Positions 26,650 to 36,903 are shown, numbered from the stretch's first letter. The stretch: 64,000 nt of DNA from Deltaproteobacteria bacterium (GCA_019306065.1 JAFDMF010000001.1:85244-149243); one strand, 5' to 3'. A program made the numbers and translations. The notes: a model not told the origin generated them from the sequence alone.

Positions 26650-28492
26650 TTTTATTTTTTCCGTTATTTTTTTCTGAAAATATTTTGCTATCGTTAATAA
26701 TATACTTGAATAAGCTCAAAAGTTTGTCGCTTCCTGTTAGGGTTAGATGCCCGCTGTCAAAATAAAGCGGTTTTCCGAAGTTATCTGTAACAGAGCATTT
26801 TTGGTTACAAAAGTAATTAATAACATTGTAGATTTTAAAGTTTTTTTCTTTTATTTTTAATAAAGCTTCTTTTAGTTTTTTAGTTTTATTGTCGTAGTTT
26901 TTACGGGTTTGTATGGGCAATGGTTTGCCGTTTTTCCGGTTTTCCCACAACGCTTGCGGAATGTGTTTTTCCCATGTTGGCGTCGGCATTATAAATGCTA
27001 TAAATATATTGTTTTTATTTGCCATAGTTACAAGGTTTTTTATTGTTTCAAAATTAACCTTGTTTTGGGAATAGTGTAAAATAATGCTGTTTATATTCTG
27101 TTTTTTTGCCTCTGTTATAAGGGATGCGGGGGTAATGTTACTTCCTTGCATTAACGGATTGTTCGGGACAAGAAAACGGACGCTTGTATTCATTTTTTCC
27201 GCAGTATTTGCAAATGCGGTTTTAATTGAATCTGCATAACTGTTTCCAACTAACATTATGTTGTGTCTGTTATCAGACGAATTTTTTGTTATTTTGCAGG
27301 CGATGCTTGTAGGATTTAGAATGCGGAATATTTTTCCGCATCTGTAAACGCTTCTATCTGCAAAAGCGTTAAAGATTAACATTTCTTCTTTTGTATATAT
27401 CTGTTTTTGAATGTTTATACCTAAGAATGCAATGGCAATAATAACAAGAGGCGCCGCATACATAAGAGTTTTTATTCTTTTATAGGTTCTTAATTTAACT
27501 TCGGCAAGATGATACATTACAAAAGACATGATTGTTATTATTGTAATTAATATTGCCAAGTCGCAACCGTTTTTAATTTGCAGATTTGTTCCTGTAAACG
27601 GTTGATATAAAAATAGAACAATAATCGGAAAATGAACGAGATATATTGAATAGGAATATTTGCCGAGCAGTTCTAATAAATTTCCGGCTATTGAATTTTC
27701 AATGGATTTGTTTATTCCCATACAAAGGATAACGCCCGTAGAAACAGTGATTATCAGCGCATAAATTCCGGGATGTCCCGTTATGAAATTAAGGGATTCG
27801 CCATCAACCTTAAATAAAGGAATAGCAAAAATAACCAACAAAAAAACGGAACCGAGTTTTTGCCATGATAAGATTGAAGTTTTTATTGAGCCGTTGTTTG
27901 TTAAATATTTAGCAACGCCATAGCCAATAAGAAATTCCCATACGCGAAAGGGAAACATAAAAAAAGAGGTTTTAGGCGAAACTTTAACGACAACAAAGCA
28001 TAATAATAAAGATGCGGTAAAGAATAACCAAAAATATAATTTATTTTTTTTAAGCAGGTAGAATAGAAAAGGGATTGATAAATAATATTGTATTTCCACT
28101 CCAAGAGACCAGAGATGTAATAAGGGGTTAAATTCGGCTTTTGAAAAATAACTGTTTTGCATCCAGTAACCGAAATTGGAAGTAAAAATACCGGCATATA
28201 TAGATTGGTTAAAAACTTGATTAAATTCATTGGGGGTTACGATTATTATCGATACTATAAGAGTAGATAAGATGGCAATAAAATATGCAGGCAGGAGTCT
28301 GATAGCTCTTCTTTTAAAAAAATATAATTTGTTGTTTTTGTCGTATAATACCGCCATTAAATATCCGCTGATAACAAAAAAAACATCAACGCCAAGAAAT
28401 CCGCTTTTAAATCCGGCAAGCCCCAAATGGTATAAAATCACAAGCAAAACGGCAATGCCTCTTAGTATTTGTATGTCTTTTCTGTAGGTCAT
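26642..28492 (-). CDS. Acyltransferase family 3 (OafA-like) membrane protein with C-terminal SGNH-like domain
   Basis: RKDIQILRGIAVLLVILYHL start, multiple TM segments and a roughly 250-aa soluble C-terminus. 8-nt overlap with the downstream gene. Confidence 0.85.
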   Translation of the reverse strand: MTYRKDIQILRGIAVLLVILYHLGLAGFKSGFLGVDVFFVISGYLMAVLYDKNNKLYFFKRRAIRLLPAYFIAILSTLIVSIIIVTPNEFNQVFNQSIYAGIFTSNFGYWMQNSYFSKAEFNPLLHLWSLGVEIQYYLSIPFLFYLLKKNKLYFWLFFTASLLLCFVVVKVSPKTSFFMFPFRVWEFLIGYGVAKYLTNNGSIKTSILSWQKLGSVFLLVIFAIPLFKVDGESLNFITGHPGIYALIITVSTGVILCMGINKSIENSIAGNLLELLGKYSYSIYLVHFPIIVLFLYQPFTGTNLQIKNGCDLAILITIITIMSFVMYHLAEVKLRTYKRIKTLMYAAPLVIIAIAFLGINIQKQIYTKEEMLIFNAFADRSVYRCGKIFRILNPTSIACKITKNSSDNRHNIMLVGNSYADSIKTAFANTAEKMNTSVRFLVPNNPLMQGSNITPASLITEAKKQNINSIILHYSQNKVNFETIKNLVTMANKNNIFIAFIMPTPTWEKHIPQALWENRKNGKPLPIQTRKNYDNKTKKLKEALLKIKEKNFKIYNVINYFCNQKCSVTDNFGKPLYFDSGHLTLTGSDKLLSLFKYIINDSKIFSEKNNGKNKNE

Positions 28493-28498
28493 GTTTTT

Positions 28499-30499
28499 TT
28501 AATTTAACAACTCCAAAGCTTTTGCAACAACGTTTTCTACGGTAAATCCGAATTGTTTTAAAACGGTATTGCCGGGAGCAGACGCTCCGAATGTTTCTAT
28601 GCTTAAAGATGCGCCGTTATCGGTTGTGTATTCGTGCCAGCCTGTATTTATTCCCGCCTCTATGGAAAGTCTTGCTTTTATATTTTTAGGCAGAACTTTT
28701 TCTTTATATTCGTTATCCTGTTTTTCAAATATTTCAAAACTCGGAAAGCTTACCACTCTAACGGATAGATTTTTTTGTTCTAATATTTTTTTTGCTTCTA
28801 TGGCAAGATGAACTTCTGCGCCGGACGCCATTAATATGATGTCCGGTTTTTTATCGGTATCTGCAAGTATGTATGCGCCTTTATTTAAATTTGTTTCGGA
28901 TGCGTATTTGCTGCGGTCTATAACGGGGAGTTTTTGACGGCTTAATATTAGGGCTGTCGGCGCATTTGTATTTTTCATAATAAAACTCCAAGCCTGTTTT
29001 GTTTCCGCAGCGTCTGCGGGGCGTATTACTATGAGGTTCGGAATTAAACGCAAAGACGCGATATGTTCTACGGGTTGATGCGTAGGTCCGTCTTCTCCTA
29101 CGGCTACGCTGTCGTGAGTAAATATGTATATTGTCGGTTGTTTCATTAATGATGCAAGCCGTATTGAAGGACGCATGTAATCTGCAAATACTAAAAATGT
29201 GCCTGTATAGGAACGGATGCCGCCGTGTAATGTAATTCCTGTTGTGATTGCTCCCATAGCATGTTCGCGCACTCCGAAGCGTATGTTTTTACCGTTATAG
29301 CTTTGTTTTTGAAATTCTTGTTCATCTTGTAAAAAGGTTTTGTTGGAAGGGGCAAGGTCTGCTGATCCTCCCATAAGATAAGGTATCTGTTTTGCAATTG
29401 TATTTAATATTTTGCCGGATGCGGCGCGCGTGGCAATCGGGGCTTCGGACGCCGAAAAGCGCGGAAGTATATTGTCGAAATTTTCCGGCAGGTTAAGGTT
29501 TATTGCGTTATTTAATTTTTCTGCTTCCCTGGGATGTTTTTGACAAAAGAGGTTGTATTTTTTTAACCATTCGGCTTCGGCTTTTTCTCCTTTTGCAATT
29601 GATTTTCTGCAATGTTTAAAGGCTTCTTCAGGAATGTAAAAAGGGGTAGCGTTTGGGCAGCCGAGATTTTTTTTGGTTAATATTATTTCTTCTTCGCCCA
29701 AAGGCGCGCCGTGAGCGTCTGCGGTGTTTTGTTTGTTGGGGCTGCCAAAAGCTATGTTTGTTTTTAATATTATTAGGGTCGGTCTGTTTTTTTCTTTTTT
29801 TGCATTTGTCAAAGCTTTTTCAATGGCTTCTATGTCGTTGTCGCCGTCTTTTATTTTAAGTATTTGCCAGCCGTAAGCTTCAAATCTTTTTCCTACGTCT
29901 TCGGTAAATGTTATGTTTGTATTTCCTTCTATTGAGATATTGTTGGAATCGTAGATTGTTATAAGTTTTCCGAGTCCGAGATGTCCTGCAAGGGAGGCGG
30001 CTTCGGAAACTATTCCTTCCATCATGTCTCCGTCTCCGGTTATTACATAGGTATAATGGTTTATGATTTCTATGTTTTTCTTATTAAAAGTTGCGGCAAG
30101 ATGTCTTTCTGCAATAGCTATACCGATTGCATTTGCAAAACCCTGCCCTAAAGGTCCCGTAGTGGTTTCTACGCCGGGAGTGTCTCCGTATTCGGGATGT
30201 CCGGGAGTTTTGCTTCCCCATTGCCTAAATCTTTTTATATCTTCTATGGTTAGATTGTATCCTGTTAAAAAAAGAAGACTGTAAAGAAGAGCGGAGGCAT
30301 GTCCGCCGGATAAAATAAATCTGTCTCTATCGAACCATTTCGGATTTGAAGGATTATGTTTTAAGATTTTTGTCCAAAGCGTATAAGCTGCGGGGGCAAG
30401 CCCCATTGGCGCGCCGGGGTGTCCGGAATTTGCCTTTTGAACGGCGTCTATAGAAAGCGAACGTATTGTATTGATAGAAAGTTTGTCGATTTTATTCAT
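28499..30499 (-). CDS. tkt: Transketolase
   Basis: 666 aa with SGHPGAPMG, GDGDMMEG and HDSVAVGEDGPTHQP. Confidence 0.95.
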   Translation of the reverse strand: MNKIDKLSINTIRSLSIDAVQKANSGHPGAPMGLAPAAYTLWTKILKHNPSNPKWFDRDRFILSGGHASALLYSLLFLTGYNLTIEDIKRFRQWGSKTPGHPEYGDTPGVETTTGPLGQGFANAIGIAIAERHLAATFNKKNIEIINHYTYVITGDGDMMEGIVSEAASLAGHLGLGKLITIYDSNNISIEGNTNITFTEDVGKRFEAYGWQILKIKDGDNDIEAIEKALTNAKKEKNRPTLIILKTNIAFGSPNKQNTADAHGAPLGEEEIILTKKNLGCPNATPFYIPEEAFKHCRKSIAKGEKAEAEWLKKYNLFCQKHPREAEKLNNAINLNLPENFDNILPRFSASEAPIATRAASGKILNTIAKQIPYLMGGSADLAPSNKTFLQDEQEFQKQSYNGKNIRFGVREHAMGAITTGITLHGGIRSYTGTFLVFADYMRPSIRLASLMKQPTIYIFTHDSVAVGEDGPTHQPVEHIASLRLIPNLIVIRPADAAETKQAWSFIMKNTNAPTALILSRQKLPVIDRSKYASETNLNKGAYILADTDKKPDIILMASGAEVHLAIEAKKILEQKNLSVRVVSFPSFEIFEKQDNEYKEKVLPKNIKARLSIEAGINTGWHEYTTDNGASLSIETFGASAPGNTVLKQFGFTVENVVAKALELLN

Positions 30500-30523
30500 T
30501 ATTTTCTCCCGATTTTTATAAAG

Positions 30524-31774
30524 TTACTCGTATGCCCGCAGAGGCTCGGCTTCCTCTTTTTTACCGCATGCTGCAAGCCCTGCGAAATAAGCAAAATAAG
30601 CCGTATAGCCGCTATGATAAATACTGAATCCCGTAATTCCTATTATAGTAAAAGCTATGCTCCAGCCGATAAGCCCGGCTTTAAATTCTTTTGTATTTTT
30701 CAATATGTTAATAAGCAATGATATAAAAAGAGATGCGAAAGCAAGCAAACCGAAAATTCCTCCGCAGGTTAAAATCATAAGAATAAGATTATGGGCATGT
30801 GTTGCTTTGCCGTAAATGTCTCCGTCAAACGCGCTTCCGTCCGGGGCAATAAAAGGAGGTATCTGCCCTGATAATGCCATAGCTTCAAAAGCGGTTTCGT
30901 AGTTTGAAACTCCTATCCCAAACCAAGGCTTTTCAAGCCAAATAGCAGCGCTTGTTTTCCATATGTATATGCGATGATAAAAGGTGCCGAATTCGGAATG
31001 GAGATCATTATATCCGTAGATAAAAAAAGATATGCAAAGGATGCAGATAATTATTGTTATAAGAACAGAGAAAAGAAGCGGTTTTTTATTTTTTTTGTAA
31101 AGATAATATAATATCGAAAAGTAAAAAGCGCCGGCTACGCTTATGATTACGGTTTTTCCCTTTGTAAAGAAGAGAATAAAAATAGAAATAATAGCGAGGC
31201 AAAATAACAGTCCTGCTTTTAACGGCTTTTTTTCAAATAATCCCCATGCTCCGAAAAATACCGCGACAAAGGGGGCTGTTGTCATAATGCGCCCGATTTC
31301 GTAATGTTTTGTTTGGATATAGCGGGAGGCTTCTTTTCCGAGCAGATCGGACCCGAAGATGTGAGCGGATAATAGATTTGCAAAACCGAATATAACGCTT
31401 AATCCCAAACCGAATATAAGATATTTATGAATCGGAAAACGATAAGATATATCTGTTATTGCGGCGGTAAATAATAAGAATCTTATGTAGGCAAGGTCAT
31501 GGATTGTTGTCTGATTGTTTGTTTGATTTAACAAAATACTTATGCAGATGCTTAAAATCCATAAAAAAAATGTTATTATAATAGGATTTTTTATTATGTT
31601 ATTTAAAGAATCAAACTTTGTAATAAAGGAGCGGATTATCCAAAAAAAACATGTAAGCCCTGCGGAAATTTCCATTACCGCAGGACCCGCCAAGATGCCA
31701 GCAGGTATAAGCATGGCAAAGAACGCCGAAATGTTATCAAGAGTTTTTGTTAAAGCGGCTTTTCTATTTTTCAT
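30524..31774 (-). CDS. O-antigen ligase (Wzy_C) family membrane protein
   Basis: Polytopic membrane protein of 416 aa with a periplasmic-loop segment GIGVSNYE..HAHN typical of the family. Confidence 0.75.
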   Translation of the reverse strand: MKNRKAALTKTLDNISAFFAMLIPAGILAGPAVMEISAGLTCFFWIIRSFITKFDSLNNIIKNPIIITFFLWILSICISILLNQTNNQTTIHDLAYIRFLLFTAAITDISYRFPIHKYLIFGLGLSVIFGFANLLSAHIFGSDLLGKEASRYIQTKHYEIGRIMTTAPFVAVFFGAWGLFEKKPLKAGLLFCLAIISIFILFFTKGKTVIISVAGAFYFSILYYLYKKNKKPLLFSVLITIIICILCISFFIYGYNDLHSEFGTFYHRIYIWKTSAAIWLEKPWFGIGVSNYETAFEAMALSGQIPPFIAPDGSAFDGDIYGKATHAHNLILMILTCGGIFGLLAFASLFISLLINILKNTKEFKAGLIGWSIAFTIIGITGFSIYHSGYTAYFAYFAGLAACGKKEEAEPLRAYE

Positions 31775-31827
31775 TATGCTTATAATTAAGATGCAGAGAT
31801 AATTATTTTTTGTGTCTAATTTTATTC

Positions 31828-31968
31828 GGAGATGTTCAAAGTTTATTTGCTCCGCTTTTGCTTGTCTCTTCGGATTTTTGACTGCGTTTTGCGAAAAATG
31901 CGAAACGCAGTCAAAAATTGTTTCCTCATCGACAAGAGCCGCTACGCAAAAAAACTTTGAACATCTCC
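31828..31968. repeat. 141-bp long-hairpin (MITE-like) element
   Basis: 17-bp perfect terminal inverted repeats: GGAGATGTTCAAAGTTT (31828-31844) and AAACTTTGAACATCTCC (31952-31968). Inner perfect 15-bp stem at 31875-31889 / 31903-31917. Confidence 0.9.
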
Positions 31969-32017
31969 TTTCGTAATCATTCTTTTTTGCGTTTGTTTAT
32001 ATCTTGCTTAAACCTTG

Positions 32018-32878
32018 TTATGCAATGAGCTCTTCATATATATTATAAGGAATATAAAACCCTTTCCCTCTGCCTGTTCCCATGTTTATTTCCGGTTTGT
32101 TTTTGCCATGATAATCTGTTCCGCCGGTTTTTTTTAACCCGAATTCTTCGGCAAGTTTTATATAATAAGCCGTATCCGCGGCTTTATGTTCCGGATAAAA
32201 AACCTCTATGCCTTCTAATCCTACGGATTTTAAGTATGATATAAAACTTTTTAAATTTTCCGAATGCATGTTTAAAAAGATAGGATGAGCCAAAACAGGT
32301 ATTCCGCCGGCATTTTTTATGCTTTGTATTACTTTTTTGCAGGAGATTTTATATTTGGGAATATAAGCTTTTCCTTTTACGCCTATGTAGCGGTCAAAAG
32401 CTTCGTTTAAAGAGCGGACATGTTTTTTTTGTAACATAACCGCCGCAAAATGGGGTCTGCCGCAAAGCCCTGTTTTTGCTTGGGCGTTAAGATCTTGCAG
32501 GCTTATTTTTATTCCTAATCCTGCAAGCCGTTCTATCATTTTTATATTTCGGTCTTCTCTTGCTTTTTTAAGCGGTATTAATTCTTTTTCAAATTGCGCA
32601 TCGTCAAGTTTTATGTTGTATCCGAGTATATGCAGTCCGTTTTTATTTTTTAATTTTTCCGGAAATTCTGCGCTTATTTCTATGCCTGTAATAAATTTTA
32701 CGGCTTTTGGTATTCCCGCTTTAACCGCTTGTCTGCATCCTTCAAGCGTGTCGTGATCTGTTATGGATATTGCTTTTAGATTTAATTTTTCCGCCGATTT
32801 AAGAACTTGTTCCGGCGAAAGGGTTCCGTCCGAAGCGGTTGTATGAATATGTAAATCTATTAGGTTATTATAATCCAA
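32018..32878 (-). CDS. PHP-domain phosphoesterase (TrpH/YciV-like)
   Basis: IDLHIHTTASDGT, ISITDHDT and GGTDYHG motifs. Confidence 0.85.
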   Translation of the reverse strand: MDYNNLIDLHIHTTASDGTLSPEQVLKSAEKLNLKAISITDHDTLEGCRQAVKAGIPKAVKFITGIEISAEFPEKLKNKNGLHILGYNIKLDDAQFEKELIPLKKAREDRNIKMIERLAGLGIKISLQDLNAQAKTGLCGRPHFAAVMLQKKHVRSLNEAFDRYIGVKGKAYIPKYKISCKKVIQSIKNAGGIPVLAHPIFLNMHSENLKSFISYLKSVGLEGIEVFYPEHKAADTAYYIKLAEEFGLKKTGGTDYHGKNKPEINMGTGRGKGFYIPYNIYEELIA

Positions 32879-33230
32879 GAGATTTTTCCAAAAGTTCTTC
32901 TTTGGTTTTACATTCTATACATTGGGTTGTAACAGGTCTTGCCATAAGGCGTTTTTTTGAAATTTTCCCCCCGCAGTTTTCGCATATTCCGAATGTGTCG
33001 TTTTCTATGCGTTCTAACGCTTTTCTTATTTTTTTTATTAGTTTATGCTCGCGGCCTCTTAATCTTAGTTCAAAGTTTCTATCTGTTTCAAGCATAGCGC
33101 GGTCTGCAGGATCTGGAAACATAGCGTTAAAACCTGTCATATCCGTAACCGTAGCTCCTGCCTGTTTTAACAGAGCGTTTGCTTTTTCGGACAGAAACTC
33201 TTTAAAATATTGTTTCTTTTTTTCGTCCAT
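32868..33230 (-). CDS. DksA/TraR-family C4 zinc-finger protein
   Basis: CENCGGKISKKRLMARPVTTQCIECK four-Cys finger preceded by a coiled-coil region. Confidence 0.85.
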   Translation of the reverse strand: MDEKKKQYFKEFLSEKANALLKQAGATVTDMTGFNAMFPDPADRAMLETDRNFELRLRGREHKLIKKIRKALERIENDTFGICENCGGKISKKRLMARPVTTQCIECKTKEELLEKSLGL

Positions 33231-33269
33231 TTTTATCCTCCCGATATTTTGCTTTTATATGTCGGTTAA

Positions 33270-33335
33270 AAGATGTTCAAGTTTGTTTACCCTGCTTCTT
33301 GCTTATCGCTACGCAAATAATTTGTGAACATCTCC
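33270..33335. repeat. Deletion derivative of the 31828-31968 hairpin element
   Basis: agatgttcaagttt .. cgctacgcaaa .. tttgtgaacatctcc, with the same downstream flank (ctcctttNNtaat.attc.tttttgcgt) as the long copy. Confidence 0.8.
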
Positions 33336-33468
33336 TTTATAATTATTCCTTTTTGCGTCTATAATATAATTATAGGCATTTTAATCGCGTATTTGATATA
33401 ACCGTTTTTAAAAGAATTCAAGAAATTACTTTTTTTTAGAGGCAAAAACAATAAAAATTTTTTATATT

Positions 33469-34032
33469 TCAAATCCGGTTCAAGTCTTTTTCGGTATCTA
33501 TATCTATCCCTATCTGTTTGTTATCTATTTTTATGTATTTTACTTTATCCTTATATTTATTAATTATTACTCTGCCGCCTGTATCTCCTTTGATATTTAA
33601 AAGATCTTCTTTAAATAAAGACGGAAATAATACGGGATTGCCTTTTTTTGAGTCGTATAGCGGAACTATTATGTTTTTAAGATTTTTTTTATGCAGATTT
33701 ATTATTTTATTGATTGTAATTTTATCTATAAAGGGTTGATCTGCAACTATAAAAAGATACGCGTCGGTTTTTTTATTGCAAGCGTTTGTCCCTTTTTTTA
33801 CCGCCGCGCTCTGCCCTAAATAAGCAAGGTTGTTATAAACGGTTTTTATTTTGTCGTCTATTAGGTTTAAGATTTTTTCGTTTTTATAAGTAAGTATAAT
33901 TTCGTTTAAATCGGATAAAACCGCAGCGTTGATTACTCTTTTAACAAGCGGGATTTTTTTAATCGGCATTAAGAGTTTATCTGTTGCCATTCTTTTTGAA
34001 AAGCCTGATGCTAATATTATTCCGCTTATCAT
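33469..34032 (-). CDS. MobA/MocA-like nucleotidyltransferase (molybdenum cofactor cytidylyl/guanylyl-transferase family)
   Basis: ISGIILASGFSKRMATDKLLMPI N-terminus and DQPF motif. Confidence 0.75.
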   Translation of the reverse strand: MISGIILASGFSKRMATDKLLMPIKKIPLVKRVINAAVLSDLNEIILTYKNEKILNLIDDKIKTVYNNLAYLGQSAAVKKGTNACNKKTDAYLFIVADQPFIDKITINKIINLHKKNLKNIIVPLYDSKKGNPVLFPSLFKEDLLNIKGDTGGRVIINKYKDKVKYIKIDNKQIGIDIDTEKDLNRI

Positions 34033-34056
34033 TTTTCCTCTTAAAATGCGCCAAAC

Positions 34057-34134
34057 AACTTCGTATTTTGCCCGTTTACGGCGTTGAAAAATTTTTATCC
34101 GTCTTTAAAACGAACAAACTACTTTGTTATACAG
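34057..34134 (+). repeat. 78-bp mini copy of repeat family R1 with imperfect terminal inverted repeats
   Basis: aacttcgtattttgcccgtttacggcgttgaaaaatttttatccgtc .. cgaacaaactactttgttatacag. The two 20-nt ends are complementary at 14 of 20 positions. Confidence 0.75.
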
Positions 34135-34266
34135 TGGAATTTTCCTTAATTATTTGTAGTGGTTTGTATATGAAATTGTTTTGTATAACAATAAATAAAT
34201 TCCGATGTTATATATCTTGTCGCATATAACTTGTTGTCGGGGCAGATGAAATTCAAGAGTATATTT

Positions 34267-36549
34267 TTACTTTTTTTTCATTACGGCGGCGGCTATTACA
34301 GCTTGTCCCAAAGATATTCCGCCGTCGTTTGCAGGAAGTTGTTTATGGGTTAAAACTTCAAACTTTGCGTTTTTAAGTCTGCTTATAAGCCCGTTCGATA
34401 TTATGGAATTATGAAAAACTCCTCCGCTTAATGCAACTTTGTTTATTTTTGTCTCTTTTTTTATTTCAATACAAAGTTCGGCAAATATTTTTATTATTGT
34501 ATTATGAAATTTTGCGCTTATGTCCGATACGGGAATTTTTTGCCGTAAATCGGATACAATCCCTTTTATTATCGGCGCAAAAGGAATTTGGCAGACCTCT
34601 TTTTTTATCCGTTCGCATTTGTAAAAATCCGTTATTTTTGGGTTTGCAATATTTTCCAACTCCATTGCGGCTTGGGCTTCAAAGGTTATTTTGTTTTTTA
34701 ATCCGAGTATCGCGCAAACTCCGTCAAACAATCTTCCCGCGCTTGAGGTAAGAGGCGAGTTTATTTTTTTTTGTATCATTTCGGCAATTATGCGGATTTT
34801 TTGCGGGTCTATATTTTTTAAAAAATCAATGTTGCAGTTTAAAAAATCCTCTCCGTAAGCGCCGTAAAGATAGCTTATTCCCATACGCCAAGGCTCTTTT
34901 GTGGCGGCGTCTGCTCCCGGCATTGCAGCGTAAGACAAATGGGCTTTTCTTGTAAAAGATGCGGGAGTCGCTATTATTATTTCGCCTCCCCAAATGTTAT
35001 TATCTGTTCCTAATCCGGTTCCGTCTAATGCTATGCCTATTACAGGCTCGTCCGTTTTATTTTCCGCAATGCAGCTTATTATATGAGCGTGATGATGCCA
35101 AACTCCGATAAGCTCCGCATTTTTTAAAGCTTTTGCATATCTTGAGCTTAAATAGTCGGGGTGTTTATCAAAGGCTATAATTTGCGGTTTAACATCCGTA
35201 ATTTTTTTTAGATGAGATATTGTTTTTTCAAAAAGCTTATAAGCGGCAAAGCTTTTAAGGTCTCCTATATACTGGCTTACAAACGCTTTGTTTTTTTTTG
35301 TTATGCAGATTGTATTTTTAAGTTCCGCTCCGCATGCAAGTATGAGAGCGGTTTTTTTGTTTAAAAATATCGGAGAAGGCGCAAATCCGCGAGAGCGTCT
35401 TATTGTTTCAAGGTTATATTGGTTTTTTTTTAGTATGGAATCGTCGCATTGAATGTGGATTTTTCTATCGTGAATTAAAAAAAAATCCGCAACGCCGCTT
35501 AGTTTTTCAAAAGCCTTGTTATTATCGGAGATAATCGGTTCGCCGCTTATGTTAGCGCTTGTCATAATAAGGACGGTAAAGTTTTGACGCTCAAACAAAA
35601 GATAATGAAGCGGAGTATAAGGCAGCATTACTCCGAAATAATTATTGTTCGGGGCGATGTGTTCGGACAATAAATCCGTCTGCTTTTTTTTAAGTAAAAC
35701 AATCGGTCTTGCCAAAGATTCAATAAGATTTTTTTCGTCATTATTAATACGGGCAAATTTTTCTATATCTTCAATGTCACGGCTCATCAAAGCAAAAGGT
35801 TTATCCGGTCTTTTTTTTTTCTCTCTAAGCGTAAAAACCGCTTTGTTGTTTTGAGCGTCTGCAACAAAATGAAACCCGCCTATTCCTTTTACCGCTACAA
35901 TATATCCTTTTTTAATCAAATTTGCGCATTCGGCAATCGGGTCTTGGGTTTTAATTGGTTTTTTGCGGTTATCGAAAAGCAAAACATTAGGTCCGCATAC
36001 ATGGCAGGCATTCGGCTCCGCATGAAATCTTCTATCTTCCGGATTCTGATATTCCGCAAAGCAGCTATCGCACATTTTAAAAGGCTTCATTGTGGTAAAA
36101 CGCCTGTCGTAAGGAACATCTTTTATAATCGTATATCGCGGTCCGCAGTTTGTGCAGTTTATAAACGGATATTTATAGCGTCTGTTTTGCGGATTTAAAA
36201 GTTCCGTTAAACAATCCGAGCAAATTGATACGTCTTGCGGAATCAAAGCGGTTTTTGAATTTTTATTTTTGTTTGTAGATTCCGCTATTAAAAAATTTTT
36301 AAAACCTTTAATCTCCGCCGGAAAAATCGAAACATTTGTAATAAGAGAAAGAGGCGGTTTTTTTTGGGCAATATCTTTATAAAAGCGGTCTATATTTTCT
36401 TTTTCCCCTTCTATTTTAACGCATACGCCGGCTTCCGTATTTGAAACCTCGCCCGAAAGAAAATATTGTTTTGCAAGCCGATAAATAAACGGGCGAAAAC
36501 CTACCCCTTGCACAATTCCGCTTATTTCAAAAACTTTTGCTTCAATCAT
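34267..36549 (-). CDS. hypF: Carbamoyltransferase HypF
   Basis: Acylphosphatase N-terminus (GIVQGVGFRPFIYRLA), two CxxC zinc-finger pairs, YrdC-like and Kae1-like regions. 760 aa. Confidence 0.95.
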   Translation of the reverse strand: MIEAKVFEISGIVQGVGFRPFIYRLAKQYFLSGEVSNTEAGVCVKIEGEKENIDRFYKDIAQKKPPLSLITNVSIFPAEIKGFKNFLIAESTNKNKNSKTALIPQDVSICSDCLTELLNPQNRRYKYPFINCTNCGPRYTIIKDVPYDRRFTTMKPFKMCDSCFAEYQNPEDRRFHAEPNACHVCGPNVLLFDNRKKPIKTQDPIAECANLIKKGYIVAVKGIGGFHFVADAQNNKAVFTLREKKKRPDKPFALMSRDIEDIEKFARINNDEKNLIESLARPIVLLKKKQTDLLSEHIAPNNNYFGVMLPYTPLHYLLFERQNFTVLIMTSANISGEPIISDNNKAFEKLSGVADFFLIHDRKIHIQCDDSILKKNQYNLETIRRSRGFAPSPIFLNKKTALILACGAELKNTICITKKNKAFVSQYIGDLKSFAAYKLFEKTISHLKKITDVKPQIIAFDKHPDYLSSRYAKALKNAELIGVWHHHAHIISCIAENKTDEPVIGIALDGTGLGTDNNIWGGEIIIATPASFTRKAHLSYAAMPGADAATKEPWRMGISYLYGAYGEDFLNCNIDFLKNIDPQKIRIIAEMIQKKINSPLTSSAGRLFDGVCAILGLKNKITFEAQAAMELENIANPKITDFYKCERIKKEVCQIPFAPIIKGIVSDLRQKIPVSDISAKFHNTIIKIFAELCIEIKKETKINKVALSGGVFHNSIISNGLISRLKNAKFEVLTHKQLPANDGGISLGQAVIAAAVMKKK

Positions 36550-36778
36550 CTAAACTTGTATCGCCCAAAAAGGCTGCTCTTAATATTTGTAAAGATTGCT
36601 TTGCTGCGGCTTCGTCAATCTTGCGCATTGCAAAACCGCTGTGAACAATAACATAATCGCCTATTTGCGGATCCTCTATCATTAAAAGACTTACCTTTTT
36701 TCTACTGCCTTCCACATCTATAATTCCGAAACCGTCCTTATCTGTTTTTACTATTTTAGAAGGTATCGCAATGCACAT
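36542..36778 (-). CDS. hypC: Hydrogenase assembly chaperone HypC/HupF
   Basis: MCIAIPSKIV N-terminus (essential Cys2). Overlaps the hypF start. Confidence 0.9.
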   Translation of the reverse strand: MCIAIPSKIVKTDKDGFGIIDVEGSRKKVSLLMIEDPQIGDYVIVHSGFAMRKIDEAAAKQSLQILRAAFLGDTSLDD

Positions 36779-36903
36779 ATTTTTAATCTCCCGTTTAAAT
36801 TGAGTAACGGTAATAAAGTTTATTTCGGTTTGTTTTTTTAATCTTATTTTAAAATACAGAGCAACAAAGCGTTGTTCCGTTTTTTTATTACTTTGTATTC
36901 CCG

